Shown one piece after another: positions 27,376 to 39,936 of a stretch of DNA of 64,000 bases. Under the pieces are notes generated by a model. That model saw nothing but the letters and a program-made list of their open reading frames with translations, searched no databases and had not been told where the DNA came from. Source of the DNA: Ginglymostoma cirratum. Taxonomy: Eukaryota. The translations under genes and the position numbers were made by a program. How positions within the stretch are numbered: position 1 is the stretch's first letter; the number at the start of each line of letters is the position of its first letter. The stretch covers positions 30,792,360-30,856,359 of the forward strand of contig JAHRHZ010000046.1 of the NCBI GenBank assembly GCA_024137785.1, in the 5' to 3' direction.

Positions 27376-28875
27376 TGGTCAAGATTAGTCTTGCTTCTGA
27401 CATTGATCAGATTAAAAGTTATCAATTTACCTTTAGATGTTTCCTCCACTGGAAACGCCTGGACAGAGGCCTCCCATCATGAACCTGCCCAGGAATTTAC
27501 AAAGACAGCAGTTGGGAAATTCTTTTTAGAAACCATGGGCCCTTTTGCTGCAACGTGCAGAAGCATAACCAGGTCCTTTATAAGGATAAGTACTTCAGAA
27601 AAGTGTAAGGTTAGGGCAGTAGTTGTTTAAGGGCTTCAGATGCCAGATGGGTAAGGGAGGTAAAGTGATGAGTGGTTGTGTTGGGTATTGTGCCAAGTAT
27701 GTAGGATGCCAGCTGGATGAGGTTCCAGGTAGGTGAGGTCATACTACCAACTAAGCAAATGAGTGTTTAGGGTTGGTCGTGTTTCGGGGGAACGGGCGGG
27801 GTTGGGAGGAAGGCTGCTTTGTCAATTCTCCAATGGAGCAGTTACATTGGCTCCGACAAGTTGAAAGGAAGTCTGAGAGGGGTGGCAGAATAGTTTAGAC
27901 CAGTGGTGTAGAAGTATCAGTTCAGTTTTCAGGACCAAAGGAGGTGCCAGAGAGTGGACTGAGGCAATATTTTGGGCTGGGAACTGATCAGTGATGGGGA
28001 GTGTCTGGTCGCACAGCCAGGAGGTTTTGATGGTGCAGGAGATGTAAGGTCAGTAGAGGGGAGAGTGGGGCACAGGTGAGTAAAGGTGTCTGGTCCTGGG
28101 GGCTGAGACTGTTCAGGGGTTGCGGGGGGGAGCCAGATCCCAGAATATCATGTCAGGTAAGGGGTAGTGAAGGTTTCAGAATCTGGCAGTTACAGTTCTG
28201 CAGGGCTGAGTCAGGAGCTAGTGTCCAATTAGGCCAAGTCAGGACTCTGGTTATCAGAAGTCTGGCTTGTGCAAATGTTCAGAGAAGTTGATTCAGCTTG
28301 ATGCAAAAATATTTTTAAGGCAGCAAGGACAACTATTTTGGAAAACAGACTACCAGGTCGTACTGTTGCAAACATGGGCACATTTGTTTCACCACCAAGA
28401 TATGTCACATTTCAACAATACCCATACCAGGGAGCAGTTAATGTTGCAAGTCAAACATAGACTGTTTCCCCAGAATTGTTAAGGTGAGAAAACAAAGCTA
28501 AAATTGTGTGGATTTTCATAGGCTACTGAAGGTGAGAGAGGGTTGGATGTCGAACACTGTAGAAATCATGAAAAACCACATCCTTATTCTACTCCTCCGT
28601 AGAAATCTGACGCAGATCTATGATGGTTTGAAGCATTAGTCAGATATGTAAGGTCACACCTGTTTAGAATACACCTTGAATTCTGAATGAATTGGTTGCA
28701 GGCAGAAAATCCACCAGCCCCAAAGGATCAGTTGTGTGCAAGTGACAGGATAGCAAGAAATTCCACCTTGAACACCAGAATTATTTTGTATTATAGAAAG
28801 GCAGTATATTACCAAGATTACAAGCATGGGGCTGAATGAACACAGCAGGTCAAGCAGCATCATAGGAGCAGGAAA

Positions 28876-28911
28876 ACTTGACGTTTCGGGCCTAGACCCT
28901 TCATCAGAAAT
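28876..28911 (-). ncRNA. Minimal type I hammerhead ribozyme motif (core intact)
   Basis: AUUU CUGAUGA A GGGU CUAG GCCC GAAAC GUC AAGU: 4-bp helix I, 4-bp helix II, and palindromic ACGU in place of helix III. Confidence 0.65.
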
Positions 28912-29150
28912 GGGGGAGGGGAAGAGGGTTCTGAAATAAATAGGGACGTTGCAGTGGGACAGAGATTCCCTGAGGTTTGTCCGGAGGGAGGAGGGTAACT
29001 TCTTCAGGGTAGGCATCCTTAGAAGAGGCTTCGCAGTGGGGTTAAAATTGTATCAGAGATAAAAGGTACTGCAGATGCTGGAGAATCCGAGATAACAAGC
29101 ATGGGGCTGGATGAACACAGCAGGTCAAGCAGCATCATAGGAGCAGGAAA

Positions 29151-29186
29151 ACTTGACGTTTCGGGCCTAGACACTTCATCAGAAAT
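29151..29186 (-). ncRNA. Minimal type I hammerhead ribozyme motif (one helix II mismatch)
   Basis: Same as 28876-28911 except GUGU for GGGU in helix II. Confidence 0.55.
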
Positions 29187-29959
29187 GGGGGAGGGGAAGA
29201 GGGTTCTGAAATAAATAGGGGGGTTATTTATTTATTTCAGAATTTATTTCAGAACCCTCTTCCCCTCCCCCATTTCTGATGAAGTGTCTAGGCCCGAAAA
29301 GTCAAGTTTTCCTGCTCCTATGATGCTGCTTGACCTGCTGTGTTCATCCAGCCCCATGCTTGTTATCTCGGATTCTCCAGCATCTGCAGTACCTTTTATC
29401 TCTGATGTTACCAAGATTACCTGTCAAACCAAGAAATGGCTGTATACACTGGCTTTGATTACACACATTGTGTCTGAGCCATCTGCTTTGACTGGAGTGA
29501 TGGTTAAAAACCTGTTCTAAACTTTCTGATCTTAACTGTGTTGTTAAGAGAAATTCTAAAAGTTGTCATCTCCTGTTGTGAATAGGAAATCATTCCATGT
29601 CTGACACTTTAGCTATGAAGCATTTACAATGACATTCACGAAGGGCATCCTTTTTATTGTTCCGACTATGTGAGGGGGGGGACTTGGCTCCCTTGTTTTA
29701 ACATGTTCTTCATCAATTTTATTTTATTTCTTTCTTGGCGCACACCTATCACACTTCAATTACAACATAATTAACTAGAACAAAATGAAGGAACTAAATT
29801 ACTAGGTTTTCTTGAAAAACGAAGGAACGTTTTATCACTTACTGCCCTGAGATAAATAATAAAAACTGCGACATTAAGCACACGTGCAAACACAAATGAT
29901 AATTCTAAAAAGAAACTAAAGTGCGTAGCAAGTACAGACAGGAAGGAAAAGGTAGTGTG

Positions 29960-30072
29960 CAGGAACATGGGAAAAAAGCAGGAGGTTAGCTCTAGATAGC
30001 AGAACGGGTGTAGGCACGATGGGCTGAATAGCCTTCCTCTGCACTATAATAATTCTGAGGTTCTGTGATTCT
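29960..30072 (+). mobile_element. CR1-type 3' tail
   Basis: ggcacgatgggctgaatagccttcctctgcactat...ttctgtgattct. Confidence 0.6.
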
Positions 30073-30184
30073 GCCATTGTAATTTAAAGTTCATATATGC
30101 TTTAATATTGAAAGCGAAACCTGGGATCACAGCATTTTATTTGTAGTCTTGTTTCCTCAACAGTGGTTAAGATTTTTATGACTG

Positions 30185-30710
30185 GAATACAGCACGTAGT
30201 TCAGGTCACCATATTATAGGAAGATTGTGATTGGACTGGAGAGGGTGCAGAGGAGATTTATCAGTTGGATACCTGGGCCGGAGGGTCTGAGCTATGAGGA
30301 GTTCTACGACAATTGGAAAAGCTGGGGTTGTTCTCTTGGAAGCAACAATGGTTGAGAGGGCACCTGACAGCAGTGTATAAAGTTATGAGGGTCAGAGTAA
30401 GGGTAGATAGAAAGAACCATATTTTTCTATTAGTCAAGGGGCCAATAACTAGAGGGCATAGATTTAAGCGAAGAGGAAAGTTGCGGAGAAATGGTTCCAC
30501 CTAGCAGATGGAATTCATTGTCTGAAACAGTGGTTGAATTAGAAACATTCGGAACATTTAAGCAATATGTGGATATTCACTTCAGCGTATAGCCTTCAAA
30601 GTGATGGGTCAAGGGCTAGAAAATGGGATTAGTGTAGTCAGATCTTTTTGAACTGATGTGAACACAATTGGCAAAATGGTCTTTCTGTGCTGTAAATGTC
30701 AATGTGTCCA
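30185..30710 (+). mobile_element. CR1 LINE 3' portion
   Basis: YRKIVIGLERVQRRF, LGLFS..LRGHLTAVYKVM, ITRGHRFK motifs and a 3' tail. Confidence 0.85.
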
Positions 30711-30779
30711 TCTCCTTGAGGTCTCATGAATGGTTATTTTTCCAAGTCGCTGCTTCACCAGGCATTGGTTTTTGAGGTT

Positions 30780-30802
30780 GAGAGAGAGAGAGAGAGAGAG
30801 AG
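30780..30802. repeat. (GA)n microsatellite
   Basis: About 11 GA units. Confidence 0.95.
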
Positions 30803-31254
30803 GGAAAAAGTGGTTTGCAGCGACCTTGTCATTATCAGTTCATATTTATTTTTCACAGTCCTTTGCTGCTTAAAGCAGCTGTTGATTTAGGTAATTTTCT
30901 ATATTCCAGAGTCTGGTCCGTAGTCCTTCCAAGCTGAATGCTCTACTGGTAACATTTCATCTCCCAAAATGTGAATTTTTCATATAAGTGAATTAAAGAA
31001 GTGTGAATTTCTTGACACTGACTCATTTCGGTCTTCCAATTATATGGTAATATCAATGCAGCCAGTTTCAATTCTTTCCGGAACTTGTCTCAATTTGTGG
31101 TCAGGTGATTATAGCAGCCACTTTAGGCTAGTATTGTCACGTGAAAAAAAGCAAATTCTAGTCCATAAAACCTTCTCAGGTATAATAATCAGATGATGGA
31201 CGATGATTATTGGCAGTCCATTTTTACTACCATCAAAATATGATAATAGAAGTA

Positions 31255-31710
31255 GTCATCTATTACACACAGCCCATTGTCAGCCATTAATAGTCCCAGA
31301 TAATAGCTATTCACCCTTCTAGCCAGTTCGTTATCCACTCCTTTGTCTGTCCAACTGCTCTTCTCTCTTTTTAGGCTCTATCCCCACCAATCATTTAATC
31401 CTTCCACCTCCAGCACCCCAAACCTTATCTTCTGCATATAAACAGACTTTTTCCTAGCTACATAAAAACTGAAAGAACCGCGGATGCTGGAAATCAGGAA
31501 CAAAAACAAAATTGCTGGAAAACCTCAGCAGGTCTGGCAGCATCTCTGAATAAAAAGCTACCAACCAACCAACTACCATCAGTTCTGAGGAAAGCTCACT
31601 CGACTCAAAACATTAACTCTGATTTCTCTCCACAGATGCTGCCAGACCTCCTTTTCCAGCAATTTCTGTTTTTGTTTCTGATTTACAGAATCCACAGTTT
31701 TTTAGTTTTA
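31255..31710 (+). mobile_element. PLE family B 3' region with a nested inverted copy
   Basis: Pyrimidine-rich leader, decayed hammerhead at 31585-31614 and arm to 31710. An inverted arm at 31462-31555 is flanked by an AGCTAC duplication. Confidence 0.75.
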
Positions 31711-32499
31711 CTTAGTATGTAAACCCAAGAGCTTCAAAATAAGCCAGAAGCACTAAAGGAACAAAACAATAAATGTCAAATCAATTTATACAACTCAAAG
31801 CTGCCTTAGATATAAGACCAGCTAATGAACAACCCGATGCAAAACGTAGCTGTCGTGAGTCAGGATAAACAAATTCTGAATCAACAGCTGCAGGACATAA
31901 AGTAAATTTTGATGATACAAATAGGAACAACAAAAATATCATTGAAATATCACTGGTAATCAATGGCCCCTCGAGTTGAAGCCGACTGCAGATCCACAAG
32001 AGCTTGATGCATCAGCAATTCATGAAAACCGGATAGGTTTGCTTGTTATTGGAAATAACAGGGTTGTTTAGAAAACAGGGTTTGCTGTATGTGTCCCCCG
32101 CCTTTAAGAAATTTCTCATTTAAGAATGCTATGTGCTATATGTTATGACTGTACCTGTCAGAGTATGCTATGGGTTCACAAGTTCTGCATACAGAAATCA
32201 GCTGGCCTGCTGTTTGTCTGTGTTATAAGTTATTTTCTTCCTAATGTTTAAAAAAACCTAACCCACAGTGTTAAAAAAATCTGATTGAAAATTGGTTATT
32301 AGACAACCATTATTAACATGAAACTTGGGGGATAGATTAAGTAATTTAGATTCCAAGAAAATGAAATGGGCACACATGGGAAGAGAATCAGCACTTCTCA
32401 TAAGCCTCTTTCCCCAGCTGATCAATAACCTAAATATTTTCATGGCTTGTTTATTCCAGTTGTTGTCCTCATTGTAACAAGTTCAATTAGCTGGACTTC

Positions 32500-32833
32500 A
32501 AAAAATATGAGTTCCTGGATTGGGGTTGTTAATCTGATCCAATCAAGGAGCTCTGGCTGACATATAACAATGTCAAAGACACTGACATCTTGGTGCCTGA
32601 CTCTGTACAAAGCAGTACTATAGTCAAGGAATATTTATCTGAAAATAAGGGGTGACTGAGTTAATGTTTTGAGTCGGGTGAGCCTTTCTCAGAACCAATG
32701 GTAACTAGGATGGTAGCTTTTTCTTCACAGATGTTACCAGGCCTGCTGAGCTTTTCCAGCAGCTTGTTTTTTGTTCCTGATTTATACCCTTTATAAAATA
32801 AATCAGGGTATCTGCCTCTGTGGAGTTATTCCA
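32500..32833 (+). mobile_element. Probable solo LTR interrupted by a PLE fold-back (32658-32785)
   Basis: CCAAT, TATA-like catataac and polyA-like aaataag in order, ending in ...ggagttattcca. The family B insert is clear; the LTR call is from recalled similarity. Confidence 0.45.
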
Positions 32834-34479
32834 GTTGCCTGCTTTTGGTGATGAGACTATACCTAAGGACATTTATTTCATAGCTAGAGTTACCCTACTC
32901 CAAGACTTTATGTTGAATGGTTTTTGCCTTCACCCAGTTGAATACATAGGTAATTGTCTGATGCCTTACTAATAGCGCAGGAGATGTTCCCCTGTTCACA
33001 TTCCTTCAAGGGTTTTGGTACAATTTTGAATTCATGACTTTTCTATCCTTTCATGGGATGTGGCCACCCTGGAAGCATTAATCACCCATCCCTAATTTCT
33101 TTTGCACCACTACAGTCCATGTAAAGTCAGTACACTCACAAAGCTGAAGTCATCTCCATTTCAATGGTATTGGAATGTACGACGTACAGTGATGTACAGT
33201 GATGCTATTTTAGTCTATGATCCCGAATAACAGAACATGACTTTTTCCTTTGAATGTACATGATTAGGGATTTCCAGCCAAAAAAATCCAAAAATTTGAG
33301 GGGCTTTTTGTATCATTTGATTTCATAAGAACGTCCATACAAAATTTGGAAGCAATTTCCACTGATACGATAAAAGCACCAGCTGCCAGAAATCAGCGAA
33401 AGAAAGCATTACAGTTTTCTATCAGGAACTCTTTTTATCCAAAATTGAAACAATTGAGGATATCTGTTTGACATACAAACATTCAATATCATTCACATTC
33501 CTGACGTTTGATGCTTTTGCAATATAGCCACACTTTAATTGTCATCAATTATTACCTACTTCCTCTTCTAGCATTGTTTAACTGATTAGAAATATTGTTA
33601 GAAGGGGATGTGTTTCAATGACTAGATAATGGCCAAGCGCAAGAGAAAACAAAGATTGTGAGCTATTTAAAACACAATAATTTATGTCCAGGTGAGTAAA
33701 TCAAACACAATGACCACATCACATGCATTATTATTTTGTCTAAGCGACAATTGCAGGTTGCATTGAAGAAATTAACTGCATAAGATGAAAAAATATCAAC
33801 CAGTGATTTGCATTCTATAGAATGCAAAACTCTGATAATGCAAGGGAGCAGAACTGCTAAAGCAAAGTCTCTTGGAGTTCTGGTAGCTCAATCATTCACT
33901 TAGCCTTCCAGAGTGATAAAACAGTGCTCTGATATTTACAAATTTAACATTATGCTTCTATTGCAAAACAGTTTACTAGACTGTCTAATCTGTTCAGTGA
34001 ATTGTCCATGTTTTGTCGGAGAAAAACGTACAAGTAAACATCTGGTTTCAAACTATTCTTTCGGAAAATGTTCTCAGTGTATGCATCAATGTGATGGATT
34101 TTTGTGCATGCAGCAAGTGAATTACTTGATCCAGTTTGTTCATCTTTACGATTTAATAGTATTGATGTTTTTTTTTAGACAGAGCTTAGCTCGCAAATTA
34201 AACATCAGATTCGAATTATCATAATGTCAATCGGCTATTCAGGAATGTGAAATTCCTCCCTGTTCATTTATCATAGCTGGACAAAGTACCCTGCTTAGCT
34301 CTTATTGTGTGGCACCAAATGTGTGATTCTTTCAGTTATCTAGTCATCTTTACAGAATTCTAGATTCATTTAAAAATGTCACATAAGAGGAAATAATTTC
34401 ATAAACCGGATCTCAGTAATGCAACATTAGTGAAAGTTGTGAATTCCAATTAATAACCTGTCAGATGTTAGATTATTTC

Positions 34480-34950
34480 ACTTGGTACTATGCATGTCTA
34501 TGAGTTGGAATGTAGTGGATTCAAGCCCCACTGTACGGTCAACATAAATGGTACACATAAATTGTTCTGACATGCCAAGACAGGACTGAAGAAATGCAGT
34601 TTGACTGAAGCTGTTGTACCTCAGTTTGGTCATTAATCTGATACCCCTTCTGTTCTTTCGATACGATTCTACGTCACTACCAAAGAAGTGTAAGTGTATC
34701 CAGGCTAACATCCTTCCTCATACTGAGGTACTGAGAGACTGTTGCAGTGTCTTTAGGCTGTGACATGAAAACAAGATCCCAGTTACTTGTTCAGGATTAT
34801 GTAAAAGATTCCATTATTTGATGAAAAATTGAGATTTCCAAATAGCTCTCAATCTAATTTACATCAGTGGGATCTTGCTGATAACAAACTGGTTACTGCA
34901 ATTATTAAGAAAATGTTATGGTTTTTTTTGTGAAGTATTATAAGAGGTGA
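34480..34950 (+). mobile_element. Highly decayed Deu-domain SINE(s), SacSINE1-like
   Basis: gtggattcaagccccact B-box, caggctaaca...tactgag, caggattatgtaaaagattcca and gtgggatcttgctg segments in Deu-SINE order. Confidence 0.55.
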
Positions 34951-35039
34951 ATCACTGTGAACTGTTGTCTAGACATGACAAGATGCTGCATCAACACAAC
35001 AATCATCACCAAACTAAGATACTGAAAAGGATACCATTC

Positions 35040-35630
35040 AACTAATTGAATCTATGTTCTTTTTCCACGGTGCAACCCAGTTGGTCCTATTCCCCTACTT
35101 TATTTTTGTAGCACTGCAAATTAATTTCCTTCTAATGCCCATTAATTTCATTTTGAAATCACTGATCATCTCTGCTTCTACAACTCTGATAGGCAGCAGG
35201 TTCCCAGATACGACTTGCTGCAAAATTAAGTTTTTGCAATCATTCACTTACATCTTTGTCCTTAGTCCTTGTACCATCAGTTAATGGATCAGATTTCCCT
35301 TGTCTGTCTGATCCAAACTTGATACAACGTTATGCATCTCTACCAAATTTCTACTCAATCTCCTGTGCCATAAGGACAACAAAGTTACCCATGTAACTAA
35401 AACCTTTATCCGTGGAAACATTCTGGTTCATTTCCTTCCTCAGTATCTTCTCAAGGATCCTCATACTTTTCGTAAAAAGTGTGATGGCCGGAACTGGATG
35501 CAACATTCTAGATGTGGCAAAGCTTTATGAAGATTCAGCATAACCTCTCTGTCATTGTATTAAATGCTTCTATTTATGAAGCCCAGGATAAACACTCTCT
35601 TCCTGTGTCCCAACATCTTCACACACCTCC
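35040..35630 (-). mobile_element. Old CR1 3' portion
   Basis: Colinear similarity to 21830-22560. Confidence 0.65.
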
Positions 35631-36354
35631 AATATTCTTTTCTACCTAATTTAGTTTCCGTTCTTCTGCAATCTAACCGTCACTGTTTCCAATCTAATGA
35701 CTGTCATTAACTACTTTTGAAAGTCTGCGTGGATTTTCTAAGGGAACAAAACATGGTGAGTTCCTTTGAATTAATGACATTACAAGTTGCGATCCAAAAT
35801 GGAAATGTTGTCAGCTTCTGCGCACATGAATTGCAAATAGCTCATACCAACTGATTATCCAGGATTGGCAACTTTACTTTGCATTGTTCATAAAAAGTCA
35901 ATAATGGAGCACAAAATCATCATCTCACTGAGCAACATTGAAGGATGGTCACACAGCTGGATCATTGGGGTAACCTGAGTTTGAAGTTGAGAAAATTTTC
36001 AAGCACAGATAAAAGAGTACGAATCTGTTGATTCAATGTCAGCAGGATGTGATCCGTGGCATTGTTAATTCCCCATTTGTGTTGTATGCCCTAATTCTAC
36101 TTCCTTGCTCCTTCCCTATACCTTTTGTGGATTTATCAAATTACTTAAGAGATGTTGTGATTGCCTCAGGATTAATAGCTATTTATGTTAACACATCCAT
36201 ATTCTAATAATTGTATGCTTTAAGCTCCTCTTAGTTTCTCCCTTTTAGCATCCAATTTTATTCAGAATCACGGAATTTTTACTGTTAGGAAGGAAATGAT
36301 TATTCAAAGATGCTGCAATAGCTCTTCAAATGAACAATTTACTTTTTTTTAAGA

Positions 36355-36712
36355 AGTTCTTTTATGGGATGTCACTGGCAAAAGTGGCATTTATTACCCA
36401 TCCTTAATTGCCCTTGAACTGATTGGCGCTACAGGCAATTTCAGATGGCATTTAAGAGTCAACTGCACCACCATAGCTCTGGAGTCACATGTAGGCCAGG
36501 CCAGATAAAGATGGGACATTTCTTCCTTAAAGGGCAACAGTGAACCAGATGGGTTTTTATGACAATCCACAATGGTTACGTGGTCACTATTAGACCAGAT
36601 TTTAATTCCCAGATTTTATTGAATTCAAATTTCATTATCTGCCATGATGGCCTTCAATGTCCACAGAACATTATAGTCGGCCTCTGGATTACTAGTCCAG
36701 TGATACAAGGGC
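36355..36712 (-). mobile_element. tRNA-derived SINE with LINE-derived tail
   Basis: Minus-strand head tcactggactagtaatccagaggc; tail gggcaattaaggatgggtaataaatgc...catcccat shared with fragments at 5310-5370 and 33050-33100. Confidence 0.65.
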
Positions 36713-37080
36713 TCCATAATCACCTTTATCAGCCTCTCTCCCTATACAGCTGCACATTCTTCTCCTTTACATCATGGTCTAATTTCATGCTGAGTGCATC
36801 TTTTAAGTCTGGCTCCATCACACTCTCAGACAGTGAACTTTCAGACCCCAACCACTCACTGTATAAAGAAGAGTCTCTAATAACACGTTTGCTATCTTTG
36901 CCAATTGTTTTAAATCTGTGACTGACTCAACGATCACTGAAAAAGGTCCTTTAGTATTTACACTTGTGAGCTCGTATACCATTTTAAGCAATCCAACTAG
37001 AGCCTTTATTTCTCTTCTCTGCTGCAGTAAAAAAAATGCCCTTTTTAAGAACTTCTGTAACACAGTTTCTAGTAGCTGAA

Positions 37081-37300
37081 ATACCAAGGTGTAGAGCTGG
37101 ATGAACACAGCAGGCCAAGCAGCATCAGAGGAGCAGGAAAGCTGACATTTTGGGCCGAGACCCTTCTTCAGAAATCATTTTTTCAGTCTAGGGCCAAAAC
37201 GTCAGCCTTCCTGCTCCTCTGATGTTGCTTGGACTGCTGTGTTCATCCAGCTCTACACCTTGTTATCTCAGATTCTTCAGCATCTCTAGTTCCTACTATC
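37081..37300. mobile_element. Fold-back PLE family A insertion (older subfamily)
   Basis: Inverted arms ~37081-37175 and ~37185-37266 plus a 34-nt tail. 14-bp TSD TTCTAGTAGCTGAA at 37067-37080 and 37301-37314. Confidence 0.88.
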
Positions 37301-37786
37301 TTCTAGTAGCTGAATATCCTTTACATAATGTGTGCCCAGAAAACTCCAAATGGCTTTGTAAAGCCTGCATATAGTCCTTTTGTCGATTGATTGATGTCTT
37401 CCTGATGTACAAAGGTGCAGACACAGAACTGAAATGACTTCAAGAAGCAACAGCAGCAGGACGTCAGGTGCTGGCTGTGCCTGTGCAGAAATAAGCTTTC
37501 ATGCTAATTGAAAATAGTAACAACGACAACTTGCATTTAATATAGATCTTTTTATGTAACAGACAGTAGGGAAGTCCAGAGCTTAGGGTCTAGGCATTAT
37601 CACCAATATTGGCATATCATTCTAGTGACTGTCTGAATTGGAAGGATCATAAAGATCAAGAATCAATTACAGGTGTCAGTTGCAATAAAATGGCCATCTG
37701 TGCAAATGTAACCTCTTTCTCATGTAATGGGGCACAAAGGCACCAGTTGGGGCTTGGCTGTTAGAATAGTTGGAAACTAATCTGTA

Positions 37787-38121
37787 GGGTGGCATGGTGG
37801 CTCTGTGGACAGCACTGTTGCCTCACAGTGCCAGATACCCAGGTTTGGTTCCAGCCTTGGGCGACTGTCTGTGCAGAGTTTGTACATTCTTCCTATGGTT
37901 GCATGGTTTTCCTTCGGGTGCTCTGGTTTCCTCCCACAGCCCAAAGATGTGCAGGTCAGGTGGATTGGCTATGCTAAATTGTCCCTGGTGTGCAGGGATG
38001 TGCTGGCTAAACGGATTAGCCATTGGAAATGCAGGGTTACTGGAATAGAAGTGCTCTTCGAAGGATAGGTGTGGACTTGATGGCCCAAAGAGTCTGCTTC
38101 CACACTGGAGGGATTCTATGA
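37787..38121 (+). mobile_element. HE1-type SINE, near full length
   Basis: tRNA-like head gggtggcatggtggctc...gcctcacagtgccag, core ggtttcctcccacagcccaaagatgtgcagg, CR1-type tail gggattctatg. Confidence 0.88.
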
Positions 38122-39249
38122 ATTGTAAGAATGTTGCAGAACAAACATGGGGCTATCTTAGGACAACATGTTAGTTTTTGTAGATGTTGGCTCAGAGTAA
38201 TGTTTCAAGCGAATGATGAATAACTGAAGCATCGAATGGGGAGGCCTCCTAAGTTCAACTATCTTGGGACATTAATGGATTCACACTATGTCCGAGGTTC
38301 TAACTATACCAATGGAGGTGCACTGAGTCCATTCATTTGCATGCCTGACCATGCAGGATCTCAATTCCCAAACAGTTATGTCAAAGTACTGGTTATTTTT
38401 GTTCTCTGTAGCAGTTAAAAATAGCTCGGTAAAAACAAACACTAGTGTTACCACATTGTTCTTGGTATCAAATTCAGGAAATACAATGCAAGACAGCTAA
38501 TGGGTTTTGATGTTTATTTCTATTATTAATTATATCATCCGTAAATAAGTCATGAACTAACTTCCTGCATGCTCTAGCTTTTATCTCAGCAAAAATTAGC
38601 TTGAATCCAACTATTGATTCCTCCCCCATTCAAATAAGTTAATGAGACAATTACCCTTGCAGGCAGTATAAGAAATATTGACAGAATCTGTCTGGAAGTA
38701 TAATGAAGCTTAGTTGATTAGTTACATGTATTTCCTGCTGGCAGATAACCCTTAAATATGTATACATTGCTGTAAACTCTCTTTCACAAACTTTTTTAGA
38801 AGCGTTATAGAAACAAACTTCAATAGACTTAATTTTCAGGTCCTATTATTTTGTCAAATTGAAGGCACACGACAGTGCAAACCTGCTCTGGAAGAATGGA
38901 TCCTTATCAACTGACCAGTCTGTTGAAGTTAATAATCTATCGCTGAAATATCTACAGGTCACTTTGATACAACTAAAAACTATGGAATTATTAATGGAAA
39001 TATTGGGGCTCTGAATAATGTTCATAGAAACTTCTCTAATACTGGGTGTACCTGTCGGAAACGTGATTGAAAGATGCAAAAAAGATGAAGCTAATTGTTA
39101 GAAAATGTTTTCCCCACAATTAATTTTATAAGTCATTGTGAAATTCATCCAAAGTCATAACGACCACAAGGGATTTTGGATATATTATTGCTACGCCTCA
39201 TGAATTTAATAAAGTTTTTTTTGCATAAATAAATAAATCAGATGGCTTT

Positions 39250-39410
39250 CTATGTGGTGTTATGCACATAGATTTCCAGGAGCCCTTCAATCAAGTTCCA
39301 CATCCTTGATTTTTAAAGATAATTAAGATGCATAAAATTAACGATGGATTAGCAAATTGGAACATAATGAGCTTGGAGAAAGACAACAGGAGTAATAATA
39401 AATGGACAAG
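39250..39410 (+). mobile_element. Old CR1 RT fragment
   Basis: IDFQEPFNQVPH resembles the CR1 motif MDFQKAFDKVPH. Confidence 0.5.
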
Positions 39411-39936
39411 GCTCTGTAGAGAGATATAATGATGAACTAGAGCAGGATACATCTTGTTATATTATTAAATTTATTGTTGAACCTAAGCAGTGTGTCCAGA
39501 CAACCTGAGCAGTGTCTTATAAGGGAATCTGGGTAACTTAATTAGATGGTCTAAGAAGATCAATTATATGATCTCACAGCTCCAATGGGTCATTATTTAC
39601 ACAGAGAAGAGAATGAGAAAGGATTCTAAAATGATCCAGGATAGAAGGCATTCATTCTCATCATGCCAGGCTGGTTCCTTGGAAGAGCTATGCAGTTGTC
39701 CTTTTCCTCTGTCCTTTCCCTATGGGGATCTGTAAACCAAAATAATTGCATTTACCAAAGAACGCATCCCCCGGCCCCCATAACCACCAAATGAAGAAAT
39801 TGTAAGGTTTCACTTCTTCTCATTTTAATTTTGACAGGAATGAGAAATGAAAAGTAAACATGAATAAACAGGTGATGTATACTTCAAACAAACAGGAAAA
39901 TTTCCCTTTTAATAGTCAATACAAAATAAGCACAAG

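Larger units (their letters stand above)
28822..29407 (-). mobile_element. Young non-autonomous PLE family A element: two tandem terminal repeats plus an inverted third copy
   Basis: Direct repeats with a 275-nt period (28822-28945 and ~29051-29220) and an inverted copy at ~29243-29407. 13-bp TSD TTACCAAGATTAC at 28809-28821 and 29408-29420. The spacer begins the ORF MPTLKKLPSSLRTNLRESLSHCN. Confidence 0.9.

Noticed and set aside
27630-28260. G-rich skewed block (with a C-rich counterpart at 2560-3000)
   Set aside because: Probably a decayed transposon interior; no diagnostic motif to support a call
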